From Lama guanicoe (Eukaryota), in the NCBI GenBank assembly GCA_013239625.1, contig MU053399.1:1-59068 (forward strand): 59,068 nucleotides of DNA, in the 5' to 3' direction. Both the position numbers and the translations under genes were made by a program. Shown here one piece after another: positions 53,699-59,068 of the stretch. The notes under the pieces were generated by a model. The model saw nothing but the letters and a program-made list of their open reading frames with translations. It had not been told where the DNA came from and searched no databases. How positions within the stretch are numbered: position 1 is the first letter of the stretch; every line of letters begins with the position of its first letter.

Positions 53699-54182
53699 TG
53701 TGAACAAAAAATACTACAAACCATATCATGTGTAAACAAAGAGTGCTGAAACCATCAAGTCATCAGCAGCTGCCGCCACCCCACAGTGAGGACAGGCCTG
53801 CAGCCCGGCCCCTGCAGCCACTCACAGTGGTGCACCCTGAGGGAACTCAGAATAAGAAAGGGCAGGGCACTGGCCCTAGATGGCTAGGTGCTTGTCCAGG
53901 GAGCAATTTCAATGAGCCCAGACATTTGCTCCTTATCATAACATAGAAAAATGCTAAATTCTTGCAGATGTCTGACTTTCTTTAATTAGCGGTAGTCTTT
54001 TAATGTTCCACTACTTGGTCTTTGTTTAAAAGCCCTGTGTATCCCGGCTCTTCCACCATCTCTTTGGGGCAGGTCCCTCAGAGCGATCTGAGAGGCTGTC
54101 ATCCTAGACAGAGTCCTCAGAAGTGTCGAGTGAATAAAACGTATTTCTCAGCTTTAAGGCATGTATTTTATTTCAGTTGATA
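53699..54182 (+). mobile_element. ERV1 solo LTR (same family as 44304-44813)
   Basis: Starts tgtgaacaaaaaat, AATAAA at ~54133, homologous to the reverse complement of 44304-44813. Confidence 0.75.
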
Positions 54183-54430
54183 CCTCCCATAGCTGGCTTT
54201 TACCTTTCACCACTTTTTTTTTTTTTGTCTTCTTTAGCTTTAAGGGGATGTCCTGGGACATTTTAGGAAGGACTGACTTTTCCTGGGTCTCCCCCATGTA
54301 TACAGGAGCTATATACGTTAATAAATGTGTTTCTTTTTTTCTCTATTAATCTGAATTTTATTCACGGGGCATCTCAACCAAAATATTACCTAGACGGGCA
54401 GAGAAAACAATGTTTTGTTTCTTTCCTACA
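54183..54430 (+). mobile_element. 3' part of another ERV1 LTR
   Basis: AATAAA ~54320, ends 'ctagacgggcagagaaaacaatgttttgtttctttcctaca'. Confidence 0.5.
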
Positions 54431-54547
54431 ATATTTTCCTGTAATTTCGGGTACAATGTTTCCATCTTGCTTTTCAACAAACCAAGTCCAGAGATACGGT
54501 GTGGTTCCCCTAAGCCATGGAGTGTCAGGTTCAACAATTATGGTGTG

Positions 54548-54770
54548 AATCTTTCTGTGTCCCTCATTTCTTCTTGGTAGGAAAAAGGCTTCATTCAACC
54601 TCCGAGACGTTCCCTGAGTTCCACAGGGCAGATTCAAACATTTGCTAATCTGGGAATGGAAGGAATGCAGAAACAAGGGAGGAATAATCAAGAAACAATA
54701 GAGCAGCCCTGAGGCAAGGTCCTGATGCCTCCTCAAGGAATATACACAACAATATCTTTCAGTTCTGCCG
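54548..54770 (+). mobile_element. Partial LTR, same family as 56595-57174
   Basis: Collinear with 56652-56865 ('ctttctgtgtccc', 'gggcagat.caaac', 'tcaagaaa..atag', 'aacaatatcttt'). Confidence 0.65.
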
Positions 54771-54974
54771 GAAAAAAGGCTCTCCCCAATCTCTGTCTCT
54801 TGTTCATGACGGCACAGAATCTTCAGAGATTATTTTTGGTGGAGGGGAAGACACTGGATTCATCAGGTTGCTGGCATTCTGATTAAAAGCAATTTTCTTT
54901 TTTGTTACTAAGGCTCTTGCCCCCAGCATCATACCCCTGCCCCTCCCTCAAATAGAAACCAATTTTTTTTTTCT

Positions 54975-55935
54975 AAGTCTCAGGCGGCAGCTGCAAAGAG
55001 AAGAAACTAGAACTGGTTAGAATGAACTCAGCCCATGATTGCAAAGAATTAGACTCCCAGTGGACCTTGACCCTCATTATACGCTCATTGTAATGTATTA
55101 GTGTTATGGAAATGACAGGCCAGCCAAGGAAGAAGCACCACTCGGAGGGTTGGAGTACTCAGATTTATTATGCTGGTGGGCTCAGAGGGGCTTCTGCTCC
55201 GAGGCTCTGAGCCCCTCCAAGACGTGTGCATGAGGTTTTATAGGGTTAATTACAAGCTTGGGGTATTCGGCCAATAGGCGTGGAACAGCTTTAGCAGCAT
55301 CATTGTCACAAAAGTAGAGGCAGGGAGGCAGCAAACCGACATTCCAAGGCCAGATATGTCTCTTTGAAAATCCAGCTGGCTAGCAAAAAAAAGAAAAAAA
55401 AAACATGGACAGGGAATCAGCAAACCGATACTAATTAACTTAGATTTACGAGTTAGCCCAGCAGAGCTCAGATCAGTTATCCGACACTTGTTTCACTTAG
55501 ATTTGTGAGTTAGCTTGTTAGCCCAGCCCGGCTTTTCCTTCACATTAGCATGTTAATGACGACCCCGCCAGCACCATGACAGTTGGCGGTTGCCATGACA
55601 ACAGCTGGAGAAGCCCATGCAAGGGCCGAAGTCAAAGCAATTGGCTTCATCACACCCAGAAGGAAGTCATAATGGCAGAAGCCTCCCTTAAAAGTCCACA
55701 GAGTCCAAGCTGTCCTTACTGTGTGGAGGGCACGCAAACCTGGAGCTGCCTCAGTGAGTCAACTTGGCTGATAGCTCCCCGACTTGAATGCCTTTCTTTC
55801 CTCCCTTTTCCTCTTCTGAGCAATAAAGCAGGCATTCACTTTGCCTCTCTGCCTCTGCTGTGAATTCTTTCACAGCCGGCAGCCAGGACCTACCCTTTGT
55901 TTGGCCTCCTAATTTCGGGGTCTCTATCTGCTAAC
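54975..55935 (+). mobile_element. ERV1 (MER41-like) LTR interrupted by a nested LTR
   Basis: 'cattgtaatgtattag|...|catgttaatgacgaccccgccagcaccatgacagtt', AATAAA ~55822, 'gtgaattctttc'. Confidence 0.6.
55102..55544 (-). mobile_element. Young 443-bp solo LTR with perfect 4-bp TSD
   Basis: TG...CA ends, TTAG at 55098-55101 and 55545-55548, minus-strand TATA (CCTATAAAA ~55237) and AATAAA (~55166). Confidence 0.85.
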
Positions 55936-56059
55936 CCCTGTTTAATTCTACATTCCAAAGATTATTTCAAAAAACAGCCTATATTACCATTGTTTTCCAG
56001 ATTTATATGAGGCTATTCTCTTTCTACTCACTCATTCTACTTTTTAATAACCTTTGTTT

Positions 56060-56352
56060 TGTTGGAGGTTTACAGGGACACCATGAGCTGGCCCACGTGG
56101 ACGGCTGCAAGGACACAGAATGCCTGCGGCAAGAAGTTTGCAACAACCAACCACACACCCCACGCCTTGTTTTTTTTTTATAAAAGAAGCCTGTATTCTG
56201 ACTAGAGCAGGATGGTTGTCCAAGACATGAGTCTGCCATCCTCTTGCTCTGCCGGCTTTCCAAATAAAGCCGCTATTCCTTGCCCCAGCACCTCGTCTAC
56301 TGATTTACTGGCCTGTCGTGTGGCGAGCAGAACAAGTTTGGACTCAGCAACA
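56060..56352 (+). mobile_element. ERV1 LTR 3' portion (MER34/MER39-like)
   Basis: TATAAAA ~56178, 'tttccaaataaagccgctattccttgcccc...tggcgagcagaacaagtttggactcagcaaca'. Confidence 0.6.
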
Positions 56353-56594
56353 TGACAGTGCATGTGAGCAGAGAAGCCCTGCTGGGTAGCATCCTTACCA
56401 TGGAGTGTTTGTTTTTAGCACACAGTTTGGTATGCATAGAGTCTTTTAAAAAAAAATTACAACATTATAAAGCAAATATCTTTTCATGTAAATACTCTTT
56501 TCATGTAAAATTTCAGAAAACAAGTATGAACTAATTTTAACATCAACTTACCTTGTAACTGAAGATACAATGATAAAATAAATAAAGAGGCATT

Positions 56595-57174
56595 TGCATC
56601 ATAAAACTCAAAACTTGCAGGACCTTGTGGGGGCCCTCCTGGGCACCAAAGCCTTTCTGTGTCCCAGTTTCTTATTTGCAGGAAAAAAAAATCAACTTCC
56701 TGGACTTCCCTGAATATTCAAGGGCAGATGCAAACTTGCTAATCAGGGATGTAAGGAAATGGGGAAACAAAAGAGGAGTGATCAAGAAATGATAGTGCAG
56801 GGTGGGGAAAGGTCTCAGCTCCTCCTGAAGGAATGTAAGTAACAATATCTTTGGGTTCCTCTGCAGGAACCAAGGCTCCCGGCCAGGCGGATGGATGATG
56901 GTAACTTCAGGCTGAGCATAAGATTCTTGAAACACTTCCCTGTTACCTCAACACCAACCAATCAGAGGAAAGGCACACACCCTGCACCTCTGACCCCAAA
57001 TATTGCCTATGAAAACTTCTCCCTGAAAACCATTGGGAACTTTGCGGGTTTTGAGCACAAACCACCAGTTCTCCCTGCTTGACCCTTCGATAAACCTTTC
57101 TCTGCTCCAAACTCTGAGGTTTGGTTTGTTTGGCCTCACTGTGTGTAGGGCATACAAACCTGAATTTGACAACA
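56595..57174 (+). mobile_element. Solo LTR inserted in third MER45R-like copy
   Basis: Interrupts homology to 21150-21175 and ends 'ggcctcactgtgtgtagggcatacaaacctgaatttgacaaca'. Confidence 0.65.
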
Positions 57175-58906
57175 AAGCCATTTCTAGTTTCTTATACAAA
57201 GTTTAAAAAAAGAGAGAGAGAGAAATCATTAAAATGACATTGATTAAATTTATTTTTAAAATTAAATTCAGATTTACATGAAATAGAGTTGAACGAATCA
57301 ATGGGTTCAAATTGTTTAAAAGATAAATCATTTAAAAAACTCCTTGAGAATCACAAGTTCTATGTTTACTAAAATTCATATTTTGATATGATTTATTAGA
57401 AATTGAGCCCAACATTGTATTCACAATCTATAAAGATTCATAATAGTTCCAGTAACATAAGCAGAAAGATTCTTTTCAAAATTAACAGACATCAAAAGTT
57501 AACTGCAACCTAGCATTTATCACCAGTGACTGAAAACACATTCAGTTACATTTATAGTCAGCAAAGTTTCTAAGGCAACAAATTCAGATGAAAATAAATT
57601 TGGAGAAAAGTAAGCCCTCAAAATATTACAGCAAATAAAGACATCACATTATAAAGTATTACTTTATATTACAGATAAAATTCTGATACAAAATATTATT
57701 AGTTGTTTGTATAGCTTTTCATAACTAATGAATTAATTTTGGGGAAAAAAACTATATTTGAGTACCAATAATGGCACCCTGTACTGCTTTCTAACAAGAG
57801 ATCCCATATTTTTATTTTGTGCTGTGCCCTACAAATTATTTAGGATATGACCCTTGCATTCCCTGCCATACCTAAGAGGGAAAAAACATTTCTGCGCTAA
57901 TCACTGATGGACAGTGATAATATTTCAACCAGGAAGTTCACTTGAGCTAATAGATTTTTATTGGATACAGTGTTGGGATCTGCTAAGGAAAGTAACTAAG
58001 CCATAAAATGAATGTCTAAAACTGGTTCATGAACGTTAACTGCCTCCAATCTGTTTCAGTAGAATTACGGGACATAGTGAGTGGAGAATTAAAATCTCAT
58101 CTGAGAGATGTTATCGAATACAATCCAATGCAAGAATTGCAGTGACTACTTTGAATGTAAACTAAGTACGTGTGGAGTGTGGGGAATGGTTGCAAGAAAG
58201 TCCTTGATATTTCCAACAACTAGTAATTAGACGAAACTTTGACCCACTCGGGATATAATTAACTTTACAATTTCTTTCATCTCTGTTGGTCTCTCTAGGT
58301 CCTTACTGCTGATCCCCAGGTATTCCTGCTATTAAATCCCTTCCCTGGGATGCACCACTCTAAAGGGAACATAAACTTGTCATTTCCATTCAGCATGGTG
58401 TCAGGACTTCAGAAACCCTGATGAAGTCTTAGCTAAATCTCTTAAATGTAGTCTCCCTATATTGAAGGAAAGGATAACTGTTTTGGGTGTTTAGGGCTAC
58501 TATGAGAAGAAAAAGAAGTCTTCTGACATTTAATTTGATCTAGACATTCAGAAAATTTAGACATATTGCAAAATAAATGGAAAGTTGTAGAACAGTGATG
58601 CTGAAAGACAACTTCAGTTAGAGAGTGTCCACTTTTCATTACATGACAAAGACCAATTTTCATTGAACACATATCAGCAAATATTACAAGTTAGTAAAAT
58701 TAATAAGGAAAAAATACCATGAAGAAAACAGAATGAGGGTGGAATATATACATATATTTGCAAGATAATTTTGTCCAGACATGAGTGATTGTCTTCTCCC
58801 TTGAATTACTCTTAGTCCTTGCATTTAATAATAAAATAACATTTTAATCATTGTCTGTTGATTAATGGATTTATATCCATCTCCTGGTACCCATTAAAAA
58901 CTTTGT

Positions 58907-59068
58907 TTACATTTTCACAGAGCAGATTCTCTGAATTACTCTTTTCAGGGCCCCCATCACCTCCTTGTTTCTCAGGCTATAGATAAGAGGATTGAGCATT
59001 GGGGTCAGGATAGTGTAGAAGACAGCCAGAGCCTTGTCCTCTGTTGGAGTATGCAGAAATTTTGGACG
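58907..59068 (-). CDS. OR2L-like: 3' end (53 codons) of another OR2L-family receptor, runs off the window
   Basis: Hand translation [53 protein letters not shown]. The 3' flank is collinear with those of the other OR2L genes. Confidence 0.85.
   Translation of the reverse strand, partial: RPKFLHTPTEDKALAVFYTILTPMLNPLIYSLRNKEVMGALKRVIQRICSVKM

Overview
Mammalian olfactory-receptor (OR) gene cluster, almost certainly camelid because it carries two vic-1-type tRNA-derived SINEs. It is homologous to the human 1q44 OR2T8-OR2AJ1-OR2L region. All OR genes lie on the minus strand: a frameshifted OR2L-like gene (4099-5035, 2-bp deletion), a decayed OR2L 3' half (15623-~16075), an intact OR2L-like gene (22976-23914), an OR2AJ1-like gene whose 3' end falls in an 801-N assembly gap (37530-38260), an intact OR2T8-like gene (46970-47908) and the last 53 codons of another OR2L-like gene (58907-59068). 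The OR2L genes sit in old ~13-14 kb tandem duplication units (~2150-15120 vs ~20990-35290, with a third 3' flank at ~56430-59068), which can be compared for filled and empty insertion sites and for deletions. The rest is largely interspersed repeat: L1 fragments, a MER45R-like hAT fossil, MER44, many ERV1 solo LTRs (one nested with a perfect TSD), an ERV env TM remnant and a 3'-truncated U2 snRNA retrocopy. I found no evidence of a new biological system. The most notable signals are patchwork gene conversion between OR2L paralogs, the tailless U2 insertion with its empty paralogous site, and an OR2L gene in an unexpected position relative to human order. Repeat family names and boundaries come from pattern recall and are approximate.
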